This document shows, piece by piece, positions 1 to 11,537 of a stretch of 64,000 nt of DNA. The DNA lies in the NCBI GenBank assembly GCA_965637545.1, contig OZ281497.1:24056001-24120000 (forward strand), written 5' to 3'. The notes beneath the pieces were generated by a model. That model had not been told where the DNA came from, made no database searches, and saw nothing but the letters and a program-made list of their open reading frames with translations. The position numbers and the translations under genes are program-made. This DNA comes from Phallusia mammillata (lineage: Eukaryota). Position 1 is the stretch's first letter. Each line of letters begins with the position of its first letter.

Positions 1-1093
1 GTAGTGGTCTCTGGAACATAAGATAAATATACGTTATTTTGGAAGAACCACGTTTTACAATGATTTGTCCGGTTTTTCCATTATTTTGCTAAATTAGTCT
101 CAAAAAACGTTTCTGTTAGGTTTCATTGGATTGGCCTGGATGTTAAAAGTGTTTTTTTAACTGCCCTAAAGAAACCCTACACCAGTGGTTCCCAACCGGG
201 GAGGAATTCCTCCCCAGGGAGGAATTTTATGAGTTCAGGGGAGGAATTTCATAAAAACTGTAAAAAATTAACATTGGAAATGTTACAGAATATTTTTGTT
301 TTTACATTATTATGTCCATTATAATTTGGACCCGGTTCACATTTGGAACCCGTTACAAAATTCTGAAATGGACATCCCTAATTATAAGGTCTATTTCAAA
401 TTGCTATAATATTTATGTTATATTTGTTTTTCCTCTTATGGGGAGGAATGAATAGTTCGAAATGGGCAAAGGGAGGAATGTAACAAAAAAGGTTGGGAAC
501 CACTGCCCTACACAGAAGCAGGTTGAAACAGTGTATACTGTGTGCAGCTTAATCAGCATTTTCTTAACATTTTCGTTATACCTACTTCCTTGAGCTGGAG
601 GTTCATTGTTGTAAATTGAAACAGATTCTATGTCTGCTATTTGGGTTGTGTCTGAAATAACAAGAAAACTGAATTGTTAGTTTCTATGCAGCAGACTGCA
701 AACTCTCATGTCATAATCATAATAAACGTCCCGCTTTTTATGTATATTTGTTTTGCTTACAAACTGTTCAGTTTTGGAAAAGATCGTGTTTAAATGTAAT
801 AAAATCTATTTGAAGAAACGACATACAAGAAGCAAATTTCGACTAAATTTTTGCCAAACCCCAATGAAAATATCTTTGCCAAAAATCACTGCAAAACAAC
901 TAATTGGCACCATTTGGTTGTGATGTTTAATCATATATATTTCTATAATGTAAAGTCAAAGTAAATAACATGTCATTTTACCGTAGATGAACGGGTTTGT
1001 CGTGGCCAAATCGTCATTCTCATTTTCCGATGAAGTATTTCCCATATATCTACAGGTATGTAAAATCAAAACCACAAAAAATGTCAACTTTAT
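1..1093 (-). pseudogene. S0: partial chimeric membrane-protein gene (S-type exon 1 and stalk exon joined to L-type exon 3), continuing beyond the left edge; start codon appears mutated to ATA
   Basis: Exon 982-1093 reads (I)KLTFFVVLILHTCRYMGNTSSENENDDLATTNPFIY with G|gtaaaa donor and aligns with S exon 1 MKLAICVVIILH; the position of the S ATG is ATA (1091-1093) and an in-frame ATG lies at 1045. Exon 586-651 (ttatttcag|..TTQIADIESVSIYNNEPPAQG..|gtagg) matches the S stalk exon. An exon starting at 10 (tgttccag|AGACCACT) matches L exon 3. Confidence 0.6.
183..505. mobile_element. hAT-type MITE, 323 bp
   Basis: Perfect 15-bp TIR CAGTGGTTCCCAACC / GGTTGGGAACCACTG; 8-bp TSD CCCTACAC at 175-182 and 506-513. 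Confidence 0.9.
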
Positions 1094-2041
1094 TTTGCAT
1101 CCAATACTTCAAAGATAAAACTTGACATTTACGCAATGTACAACAAACTTATAAATGAACACAGAAAACTATACACTGAACATTTTCGTCAACAAGATTG
1201 TCAACCTTGCGTCTGCGCACTCAAATAAATCCGTGAAACGATTTTGTAACACAGTTAAGAATCTATCACAGGCTACAAAGAATATGCTTGGTTTCACTAT
1301 CCTGGTCGCTTACAATACAGTTTACATGATGTAGATCTTTTCATTGTCACTTTGAGGAAATTTCTGCCGAAAATAGCATCTCAGTAGCATCTTTGCTTTT
1401 CATTGTTCCAACAATAATTGCTACTATCCATGACTCAACTGCCCGCATGTGTACATTTAAAATACTTTTTCTAAACGCTTCTTGTATTGTACATAAGAGT
1501 CCATTTAAATGGTTTTAAATCGTGGGTTAAACAAAGATCAGTCACTGTGTGTATGACTTTTGCTTGTTTTCAAAGCAATTGTCACACTATAAATTTGGTT
1601 GTCTAGTTTGTTAACAAAAAAAATCTATCATAATTGACTAAACCTTTCTGTTTATTTTTTGTGTTAAAAATAAAAAATAAAAAAAAATTCCTACACACCC
1701 ATTGTTCGTCACAGTAATTGTTTATTCACAGAAGTGCATTAAATACAAAAATACATTCATTAACTGTATTGTTTAATAACAACGAATCAAAAACGAAAGG
1801 CAAACACTAGAATAGTTTAAAAGCCCAAGTTGGCCGAGTCGCAAACACAACCGTTTGTGTTTACGACTCGTTTACGAGGTTGTAGGTTCTCAACAAAATT
1901 TCTGTCACTCGTGTTTCCTGACCTAAAACTTACGACGCTCTTATAACGCAAAGAAACTTATGGCATGAGCTGCATTATTCCCCGTAACTCGAAACAAATA
2001 CATAAAAAAACACTAATTCTATGTAATAACGATTGAAAACT

Positions 2042-4284
2042 CTATATCGGTATAGGGGCTGGTGGGCGGTCATATTGGCAAATTTCATCAGGATTATGTC
2101 TTGTTTCGTTGCTAGTTTTCATTGGAATTTCATACACCGATGGGCAAATTTCATTAGGATTAGGTTTTGTTTCGTTGCTAGTTTTCATTGGAATTTCATA
2201 CACCGACTCTTCAACTGCATTCGGCTTGGTCTGATTTATATCTGCGACTTTGTTTAGTTGTTTGTTGGACCTGCAAATGCAAAAAACCTGCTTGAGATAT
2301 TTTTTAAATAAAAATTGAATATTCTTTACAAAACATTGTATGAGCTGCATCTCATAAGTGCGAATTGGTGACAGGTTCTGAAAGGTCGATATGGAAACGT
2401 TGGTTAAAGAGCAACGGTGTAATTGTATATTTAATCTAAATTCTACACCAGGGCTTTATATCCAATATAGAGTATATTTAAAATAAATCAATGCATTTTG
2501 CAAGCAATTCCCCACCAAAATAAAAAATAACAAAATAGTTCGTTGTAGATTTTGGTTGAAGTTTTCTATTTTACCTTTTCCTGTCCCAGTAAAACACAAC
2601 AATCAGGAAAACAAGAACCAGAAAGAAAAATCCTGCCACGGCGCTTGGAACTGCAACTGCTACCAATCGGTATTCATTTGCTAAAACCAAGTGTTGTAAT
2701 GTTAGCTGGAATTGTTAATCATTAAGTAGATGTGCCCTATGTGGAGACCGTCTTATGCCACAGGGACTATATGCAATGTTATTGGTATTATTTTTTAGAG
2801 ACATGCAGGATTTTAAAGTAGACTATACTATAGTTTAGGCGTGCTACCAAATTCAGTCATGCTATTGTTTCAATAGAAAATTTGCCACCATAAAAAATTC
2901 CCGTGCTACCAACGTCAATCATGCTATTGTTTCAATCGAAAGTTTGCCTCTATTCAAAGATTCCAATTAAAGAATGAAGTTAACTAATAAATAGCACTCG
3001 AAGCTTGCTGTAAACAATGCACCATAAGATCAACAAACTGGAACACCATAGCCCGGCTACAAAGCCCACATGGTTAAAGTCTTGTCATTATCTGCATTTA
3101 TGAGACCGTATATTTGCTACAGCAGGTTAGCCTACATGAGTGTAACTTAATTCTTTGTTATTGTTATTGCTTTGTACTTAAATTGTTTAAATGATTACTG
3201 TTACTTACTTGCTTTGGTTGGAGTTGGATTGTTATGAGTTGAAATGGTTCCTGTTTTCATTGTTTTCGTGCCTTGCGTAAAACAAAGTCAAGCGTCAATC
3301 TTATGTAGCAGCACAAAATCAATGGGTGTAAAATAGTGATTATTTACATTTAAAACTATAACCAGTATAAATTCAGTTTGGGTCTCTAACTTCTTGACTC
3401 TTACATCTCGGGGTGTTATCAGTAAAACAATGACCTACATAAACTTAAAAAGCTTTTTTTTAATTTTGAATGCTTCTGCAAACCCCTGTTTTATTATCAC
3501 TAACTAATTAAAAAGTTTAAATTGATTATGTCATTGTTTTTGGTCATCGTTTTCCTCGCAAACTTTTAAATGGTCATTTGTAAACAGTTTTGTGTTTAAA
3601 ACTAAGGTATGCGCTCAGTGCACGAATAATTCCTGCAACCTACTTTCTTTAGCCAGGAGAGGATTGTTAGCAGTTGAAACGAATCCTGTTTCCATTATTT
3701 AGTTTGTGCCTTCTGTGGTTTCTGAAATAACAAACAATGTCGATCTTTATAGGCACACAAAAACTAAATGCTTAAAATAGTGATTATTATTCATTTTTGA
3801 AAACAATACAGTTCAGGTCGATGTTTGTGTCTGAATTTCTTGACAATTACGAGTCCAAATTTGTTCACAAGCCTTTGTACTCTAAATAATGTCCCAGATT
3901 TTACAACTTTTGAAAATATTTTTTTAAACGGTTATTTAAAACTAACAAAATCTACATTAGAAAAGCATACAAGAAACAAACATCAGATAATGTTTGTAAA
4001 ACCTTGCTTAATGTTGTTGTTTTTTCCCCAAAAACCGTTGCTATAAAATCCATTTACATCATCGATCTTTATCTGCGATAGTTTCATTGTTATTGTTGCT
4101 ATTACGTCAAGCAATATGAATGTCAAACTAAAAAAATATATTTCTTTTTACCATAATAGTCGTAATAGTTGTTGTCTCCGGGTTCATCATCAAACTCGTA
4201 ATTTCCAGATCCTACCCCAGAGTAATAAACAGCCACAGATGAGGAAATATGCAAAATTATAGCAACACAGATAGCCAACTTCAT
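2042..4284 (-). pseudogene. S1: small Tyr-rich single-pass membrane protein; nonsense codon in skippable stalk exon 2a, duplicated YEIP motif
   Basis: Exons 4152-4284 (MKLAICVAIILHISSSVAVYYSGVGSGNYEFDDEPGDNNYYDYY), 3644-3721 (TAA at 3699-3701 where S2-S5 have CAA), 3209-3271 (TKTMKTGTISTHNNPTPTKA), 2575-2680 (TM: NEYRLVAVAVPSAVAGFFFLVLVFLIVVFYWDRK), 2042-2270 (tail). All GT-AG. Exon 2a is phase 1-1, so skipping it restores the frame. Confidence 0.75.
2077..2208 (-). repeat. 66-bp in-frame tandem duplication in S1 cytoplasmic exon
   Basis: Two copies of SVYEIPMKTSNET(K/R)(P/H)NP(N/D)EIC(P/Q); ggcaaatttc at 2077 and 2143. Confidence 0.95.
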
Positions 4285-5727
4285 TTTGTGTTCAGTAGGC
4301 AATATGCAAAAACCACTTTCTGAAGAAAATTAGGTCCAAAAAAGGTTATGAAACACTAAGCAGGAGCCCAAAAACGCGCTTCAAAACTATAACTAATATA
4401 TAGTTAGTTTCCTTTAAGGTTTAATCTATCCTTTAATTAAATCAAAACCTTTAAAACGGTGTAGCTGCAGCGTGTTTAGGAATTATCCCCAATTCTGTCC
4501 TTAACTATTTTTGCACACCATAAGATTTCAACTTTGCGCAGCTGTTTCTAGGCGATGGTTAAGTGCAATTTTGTAGCTATGTGTTCTTTCACCAAGCGAA
4601 CTATAAGGCTATGAACAATATGTTTTGTTTTTCTATGCTTGACGCTTACAAAAAATGCTTATACGTTTCATAACGTTAAACTTTCCATATTAACTGTGTG
4701 AAAATTGCTCTTTCCGGCTATACTGAAAGCGACAACTTCTAACTATATCATCCATGCAACAATATTTGCCAGTTTTCATCACCCAATAAAGCTGGATTGT
4801 GCGCTAACAGTTTGCCGAAACTATTTATTGTACTTTATGATGACTCAAGTCAATTCATGTAGTTTCGAAACTTGACAGGTTAATTTTTCATTAGACACAG
4901 TGTATGACCTTTGTCTGTTTTCAAAGGAAGTCTCGACTTACTTTTGGTACAACCTACCAACCTCATAAATATTTTTAATATCACAGTAAAACTGCCAGGA
5001 AAACGGTCAATTTTGTCTACAAGTTTATTATTTATTGCAAATTTTAAAATATGTGTAAAAATTGCAAGGTCTTGTAAGTTGCACAAGAATATCACTAACT
5101 TTTAGCGTTTGTATAAAGTGACTGTGGTTTATAATTCCCGCACAACCTCTTTTGTTAATGGAAATAAAAAGACTCATTGTTAAACCATAATTTGTTTCTT
5201 TTTTACACTGCATAAAAAACGAATATAACAAAACAAAAATGAAACATTTAGCATACACAAGTAAAGCTTTAACCCCTTTTTGTTTAAATATAAAAATAAA
5301 CTTACATATAGCCTATCAATAGTTTTCAATAGAAATTTGTCGTACGCAAGCGTAGCGGTACAAAGCCTTCACCCATGCAAAGAACAAACAATTGCTTAAG
5401 GCTAAACGTTGGAAAGCGCAATTCTGTAATGGTACACAGTTTATGGATCAAAGAGGAAATACATCTATAATAATCACTGCGTTACATTAGGACCCATTAA
5501 AGTGTAAGGGCCCATAAAGCCATATAGACTGACGAATATTTCCATTAAAAACAAGCTAGGTATAACTAATAGAAGACTCCATTCTAGCTTTAATTGAAAA
5601 ATGTTGCTGCTCATTGTCATATGACTTATATTTTTTTGACAAATTTAGAGTTCACAAGGAGGCTACAAAGTTTCTTTATCAGCAGTATTTTATCTCCAAT
5701 TAGGCCCCGCGGATAAATAGATTGCAT

Positions 5728-8700
5728 TTAACATGGACCGCCGACGCTGGATGGAACTTTTGGAAGGGGAAAAGCAGGTCTGTCAAATGGACAAGTTTGT
5801 TCAGTGTCAGGTCCATTGTGGTAGCGTTTTTTCTCAAACACCGGAACTTCGTAAATTGGTTCTTCAGTTTCGGCTGGAGCTTCAGCTCTTGCGTTATTTA
5901 CAGGCCATGGGTTTCTCCTGTAACGTTCCATGTTGGCACTGCAAATTAAAAAAAAATGATTGCAACCGTGAATAAACCCTAAACCTAAAATTACATTAAT
6001 GACACTTCTTTGTGTTACATAGTTTCCTTTTGGTGACGTTTGCCATGAAATGTGAAAAGGTGGTTAGACAGAATATCAATTTTGGTTATTTTATATAAGC
6101 CTCAAAATAGTGATTTTTAACCTGTGGTAACCTTGTAAAATCAGTAACTAAGTTATATAGTTCTCAAATCCCTTTCATTATAGTTAATGATTTCGCATCT
6201 CGTCACCCCTTACATTGGTTCCTCGGCAAATTGTGGGATGGCGTGAACTTGAGGTGCTAAGTTGAAGACTGGTACCGGGTCTGTGCTATTGGGTGCTCTA
6301 TTCGCCCTGCAAATGCAATACATGTGTGAAAAGGAAATTTTTAAAGCCATACATCTCACCCAAATTGTTTGTACAAGTTGTATTAAAAATTGTGTTGGTT
6401 GCAATGCAATTTCACAAATCCTAAATGAGAGTTTCTAACTTTTGTCTATACGCTCTTAAGCCAACGATCACAACATCGACTGCAAAGGCGCGCAAAAATT
6501 CCATCATTGGTTACTGAGTTAGGGACATGAAAAGTTACAAAATGTGACAAAAAACTCCCTTTCGGCCAAAAATCACGTTTTGTAGCGGGCGATAGAGAAG
6601 TCCAATTGGGCTCTAAATGTGCACATGCGTTAAAGTTGATTATATCAGTTATCCTAATCTTGCTGTGCGTACGGTCAGCAGTTCTTATTCCTTAAACGTG
6701 CAAATGTTTGGAGCACCCGATAGCAGCAGGTACGTTTCTGGTTTAAGTAAAGTTCTTCAGAACATCTGGCCTAGTTTAACTACAACGTAATCACCCAACT
6801 GTTTTCGTTGTTGGTTACCATTCCTTTTAGCAAAGTTTGCTTTTTTACCTTCTTCTCTTCCGGCAAAGCACAACGATTACGATCACAAGAACAATGAGAA
6901 GGATTCCTCCCACGGAACATGAGATTGCAATTATCAACGTCTGGTCATCTATTAAAGTTGAAACGTTCGTTAGTGATTACAATTGATAAATTTAAGGAAA
7001 AAGGCACAATCTGAATAGAGCAGGGCAATGTCATTTCAATACCAAGGACAAGTCGCAGACACATGACACGTAAATTTGAAAACGTTTTGTATTATTAGTA
7101 TTTTTTACTGCTTACTAGTTTGAGGAGCTCTTACGGTGGTCTCTGGAACATGAGAAAATAAATGTTATTTTAGAACAGTGGTCGGCAACCGCAGATCCGC
7201 GGCCCACTGCGACGAGTTCGTTACCGGGCTGTATAATTTTTCGGGTTAAATGCTTTAAAACATTTTGCCCATATATCTCAGGATGATAAACTAATAAAAT
7301 TTTACTTTCAAAAGCGGCCGGCAGAGCAAAAAAGGTTGCCACACCTTGTTTTAGAAGAACCGCGTTTATTAATGATTTTTTTGTTTTTCCATTTTTTTTG
7401 CTAAGTTTGTCTCAAAAACGATTTTGCTACGTTTCATTGGATAGACCTTGACGTTGAAAGTGTTTTTTTGACAACTGCTTTCAAAAAATTTCAGTTTACC
7501 ACGTTTTTCAAATACAAACCAAATCTTGTTCGTTTCATTGGACTGCGTCTAAACCAGTGGTTCTTAACCGGTGGGAAATTTAATGTTTTCAGAGGGAAAT
7601 TATGTAAGTCAGGTAACCAAACTCGGGGCCCAAGGATCGAACCCGGCTTTGAATTAGTCGTTGAAAGTTACTTTCCTAAAAAATTTTCCGAAACAACATG
7701 TTAGATTAATTTTTAACCTAGTTTTACAAGACGCCTAAAAATACAAGGCCGTTTGTTACATCACATACATGTCTGATAGTATCAATGACTGTGCTATTGC
7801 GCGCGAATAAAGGCCTTTTCTTTGTTGATTGTGATGCAATAAATGACTATTGCAAGCAGAGGAAACTCTATAATATTCCATAAGCTTTATTCTCTCATAG
7901 AAGCACTATTTAAACTGAATAAGATTGTAGTATATAACTTTGGGGTTCCAGACCAAATCGCTTCACAAAATTATTTCATTTAAAGAATATTTTTTTTGTT
8001 AACGGCACAAAACATCATTATAAAAATAACAAAGGGAAAAATTCAAACTTGGTGATTGACTTTAGTGGGAAACCACACCAAAGAGGTTAAGAACCACTGG
8101 GATAGACCTTGATACTGAAAGTGTTTTTTTTTTCACAACTGTTTTTAAAAAATTTCAGTTTACCACGTGTTTCAAATACAAACCAAATATGATATTGCTC
8201 GGAGTCTAGCAAACGACTTTTTGTTTTTTAAACAAAATTGTATGAATTTTTTTTTAGTATGAATCCGTAATTACCTTTAGAGTCCGTGGTTGTCCCTGGA
8301 GTAGTAAATGTGTTTGGACGAATATTTCAAAAACATAGAGGAAAAACAATGATTGATATTCAATGATGTTTTTGCAACAACACTTATGGAATTATGTGAG
8401 ACAGTTAACACATTGAAAGCCATTTCGTAGCAAGACACAGTTTTTTTTTAAGTTTTTTTTTTAAGGTTTCGATTTTCAAATACGGTTTTGTTAATGTCAA
8501 TCTTAACCCATATGTAAAAACAAACGATATAAGCAAGAAAAGGGAAAAAATGTTATGCAAATCTGTTTTACCTTTAAGAGTTCTTTGGCAGATATATCTA
8601 GCACTTGATGGACATAACGATGCGCTTATCTCCGAATAACTAGTGGGAGATGATTTCGAAATTTTGCTGCAATAGTTATTCCCAGTTCGAACATAAAACT

Positions 8701-9629
8701 CTTTTTCTGTAAGCACAAGTTTGTGGGTTTGAACAATACGATATGCACCAAAGTTGTAACAGGTAATAAACCTGGATATCAGACAAACCCAGCCCACATC
8801 CGTTTTCTACAAAACATGAATTGCTCTCATAGCTTTAATGTAAACAAAATAATAATAATAACTCGGTTGGTTTAGAGTTGGATGAGGGTGGAACTTATGG
8901 GCCACAACTCGAAGGCACAAGTCTGAAACCCGTGTAGTTTTGCAAAACCCAAACCATATCCAATTTGGCGGACACAACCTGTTCAACCACAATCAAAAAA
9001 GTAATTGTGGCAGAGTATGAGTTCAGACCCGGTAATTGAGAAACATTAAGCCGAAAATTAAACCACAGGTTCGAATTCTGCAACTCCCAGAACATCTAAA
9101 AACCGTTTTTTAGTTGACCCACATTATTTTTCACCTCTATTTGAGGCTGGCACAAAATTTGACAAACATAATTCTTTTAATAACTATTTGTTAGCCCCCA
9201 GCAAAAATAACTTAATTTATGAGAACGAAACCGGAATTTATGAGAACAAAAAATTAGCTAAATTAGCTGAATAGGATTTGCGTTTACAAACTGGTAACAG
9301 TTTAAACTTTGAAAAATCTCATAGCTGCACAATTGCATTAATTTCACCAAACCGGAACCAGCAAATAAAGGTTACTTACTGGAAGAAAAAATAAAAAGAA
9401 ATGTTGATGGCTTTGGAAGAAACCCTTGAAGAAAGTGAAGAAGGCGAGTTGATTGTACACTCGCTATCTTTGCATTTAGCTTTGAGCATTCTTTCTCAGC
9501 TTGATTATACGAATAGACTTCGTCGGACCCAATATAATATTCGTTTCCATCAAATGAATGCCAATTTTGGGCGGAACATGAATGACAAATTCCAACCACG
9601 AAAAGCATTAGGTGTATATTGTTTGCCAT
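5728..9629 (-). CDS. L1: type-I transmembrane C-type lectin-like receptor, 271 aa, 6 exons
   Basis: Exons 9380-9629 (MANNIHLMLFVVGICHSCSA signal; WHSFDGNEYYI..YNQAEKECSKLNAKIASV), 8572-8706 (YCSKI..LCPSSARYICQR), 7116-7142 (ETTVRAPQT), 6849-6948 (TM DQTLIIAISCSVGGILLIVLVIVIVVLCRKRR), 6214-6306, 5728-5938 (EEPIYEVP..DRPAFPLPK..GGPC*). Total 816 nt, open, all GT-AG with consistent phases 1,1,1,2,2. Confidence 0.85.
7176..7348. mobile_element. hAT-type MITE (~173 bp) in L intron 2
   Basis: Imperfect TIR CAGTGGTCGGCAACC / GGTTGCCACACCTTG; 8-bp TSD TTTTAGAA. Same-site copies at 19607-19779, 31448-31620, 43467-43639 and ~63406-63585; site empty in L5 (~52515) and S0 (~35). Confidence 0.8.
7555..8099. 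mobile_element. hAT-type MITE (~545 bp) in L intron 2
   Basis: Perfect TIR CAGTGGTTCTTAACC / GGTTAAGAACCACTG; TSD degenerate. Copies at 19991-20513, 31832-32354, 43851-44373 and 63795 to window end; absent in L5. Confidence 0.8.
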
Positions 9630-10192
9630 ATGTACAGTGTCGAATTTTAAGCTGTAAAACACGCGAAAATGCATAGGATTTTCGACCAATATCAGCAACT
9701 ACCTATAACTTGTTTTTTTCAAGTGGTTTGTGTAACAATGTTCAAGGAGTAGAGATTTTCGTTTTTGTGCTGATCCGAGCCGTCGCAGCTTTATGAACGT
9801 TTTTATCGTTAAGAGAGTTGTCAGCGGTCCTTAAGTTGCGTTCTGGACCCAAAAGTGCAAGCCGGCAACCCGACTCGCACTCGATTATAAAAAATACAAA
9901 GTTGGAACCAGGCCTGAAATTTGGTAAAAATGCGGCTAAAATGCCGAATGTAAACACAGGTCCAAATCAAGATCGTTTTATTACAACTTATGTCTGAACT
10001 CAACCCAAATGCGTAAATCCTGGCCCGACTTACAACTCTGCTTTATTTAAATTTGACAAGTTAGTTATTTTAAGTGTGCTGTTTTATCAACAATATTTCT
10101 GTTATCTCCTTCGTACCATGCACCATCGACTTGTCTAAATAGCAAAGCTTCCCGTTCGTAAACATAACTGAATTAAATATATTGATCTAAAG

Positions 10193-10899
10193 CAGGGGCG
10201 GGCAACTTGTCCAGTCGGCGGGCCTGATATGGAAAAATGAAGTACTTGGCGGGCCGGATTCGTGAATCGATACATTAATCGCGTATTTCTCCAGTGATTT
10301 AAAACGGATTTTTGACCACATAAAATTATTCACCACAGCAAATTTAATGCATACACCACAGACTTAGATACTGGTGAAACACTAACTAGGCTAGTAAGGC
10401 TACACGTGTGGAAACAAAGGAAGCCGTGAAAGCAGGCCACACACAAGGTTGGCAGTTATGTCGTAACAATGGATGTATGGTGCAATGGTAACAACGGCGG
10501 GAAAGTTCTTTTGTTCTCGGGGAGCGTTACTGTTTGTTACAACCAGGTTTTTTTTTAAGGTTTGGTTTGGGTGACCGCTAAGTAGTTTTAAGAGACCGCA
10601 AGTGTTTCATTTAAATACCAAAAAATAGCCATATTTGCTTAAACGAATTATTTATTAGGCTACTGGCAAATTTTGGGAAACCGCTGGAGAAATTTGGGGG
10701 ACCGTTTCGGTCCCCCAAAACACCTTAAAAAAACACTGGTTACAACTATAATTTGACGTAGTAAGCAAGTAGTGGGGGATTCGGCAGACTGTGGCCGCGG
10801 GCCACGTTATATCATGTAAGACCAGAAACTGTCTGCGGGCCGCTCAAAATCCCGTCGCGGGCCGGATCCGGCCCGCGGGCCGTATGTTGCCCGCCCCTG
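10193..10899. mobile_element. hAT-type non-autonomous element, 707 bp, unique to the L1 upstream region
   Basis: 14-bp TIR CAGGGGCGGGCAAC / GTTGCCCGCCCCTG; perfect TSD ATCTAAAG at 10185-10192 and 10900-10907; empty site (single atctaaag) upstream of L2, L3 and L4. Confidence 0.92.
10544..10738. mobile_element. 195-bp hAT-type MITE nested in the 707-bp element
   Basis: TIR CAGGTTTTTTTTTAAGG / CCTTAAAAAAACACTG; perfect TSD GTTACAAC at 10536-10543 and 10739-10746. Confidence 0.88.
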
Positions 10900-11537
10900 A
10901 TCTAAAGTAACGGTATCTCAGAATAAGCCCTTCAAGTGCAATACAAAAAACAACAACCTTGCAATCAAGTCCAAATCTTGTTTCAAATATAATTATTTTA
11001 TGTACATAAGATTTCAATAATTCTGTAAGCAAATGCTAAACTAATTCTTTATTTAATACTCTTTCTGTGTTGCTAAGATGAGAAAAAATCTAAAATAAAG
11101 TCTAATTGCTTGGTCTCTACTTTACACACAATAAACACTTACTTGCTCATTTTCGACGCTAAAACAATAAACGGATATAACGTGTACATGGCGTAAATCA
11201 TTTTATAGCGAAACTTTCTTGTTCCTGCTTTACCGAAAGCAATACCACAATAGGTGTGAACTTTTGTTGTTGCCAGTTAATATTGACCTGACATGAGGTT
11301 AATACACTAAATATATGTCGGACATGCGTCTTGCATTTTGTATGACTGGTAATTCTCTATTCAAAAGCTTAGGAAACGTGACAGGTAATTTTTTTATCAG
11401 TCACTCAGTATCAATTGCTTCTGAAGAGAATCTTATCTATTATTGCAAAGCATGGCATTTCAGCCAGTAAGTTTATAATAACCTGAAGTTCCCTACCTTG
11501 TCTATTAGCCTGTTTATGCCCATTATATTGTTGCCCA

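Noticed and set aside
1040-1045. MGNTSS N-myristoylation-like start in S0
   Set aside because: The Met lies downstream of a recognisable signal-peptide remnant in an extracellular segment; more likely incidental after loss of the upstream ATG. Needs transcript data.
7439-8190. ~90-105 bp direct repeat flanking the 545-bp MITE, suggesting transposon-mediated duplication
   Set aside because: Explained more simply by a prior short tandem duplication with later insertion and a mutated left TSD (ggatagac).
8807-9095. Intron-1 ORFs containing CPPNWIWFG, resembling a CTLD N-terminal CPxxW motif and a possible extra exon
   Set aside because: No acceptor/donor pair keeps the phase-1 frame open (the nearest acceptor meets a stop within ~12 codons), the segment is partly deleted in L4, and exon 1 splices to exon 2 in frame without it.
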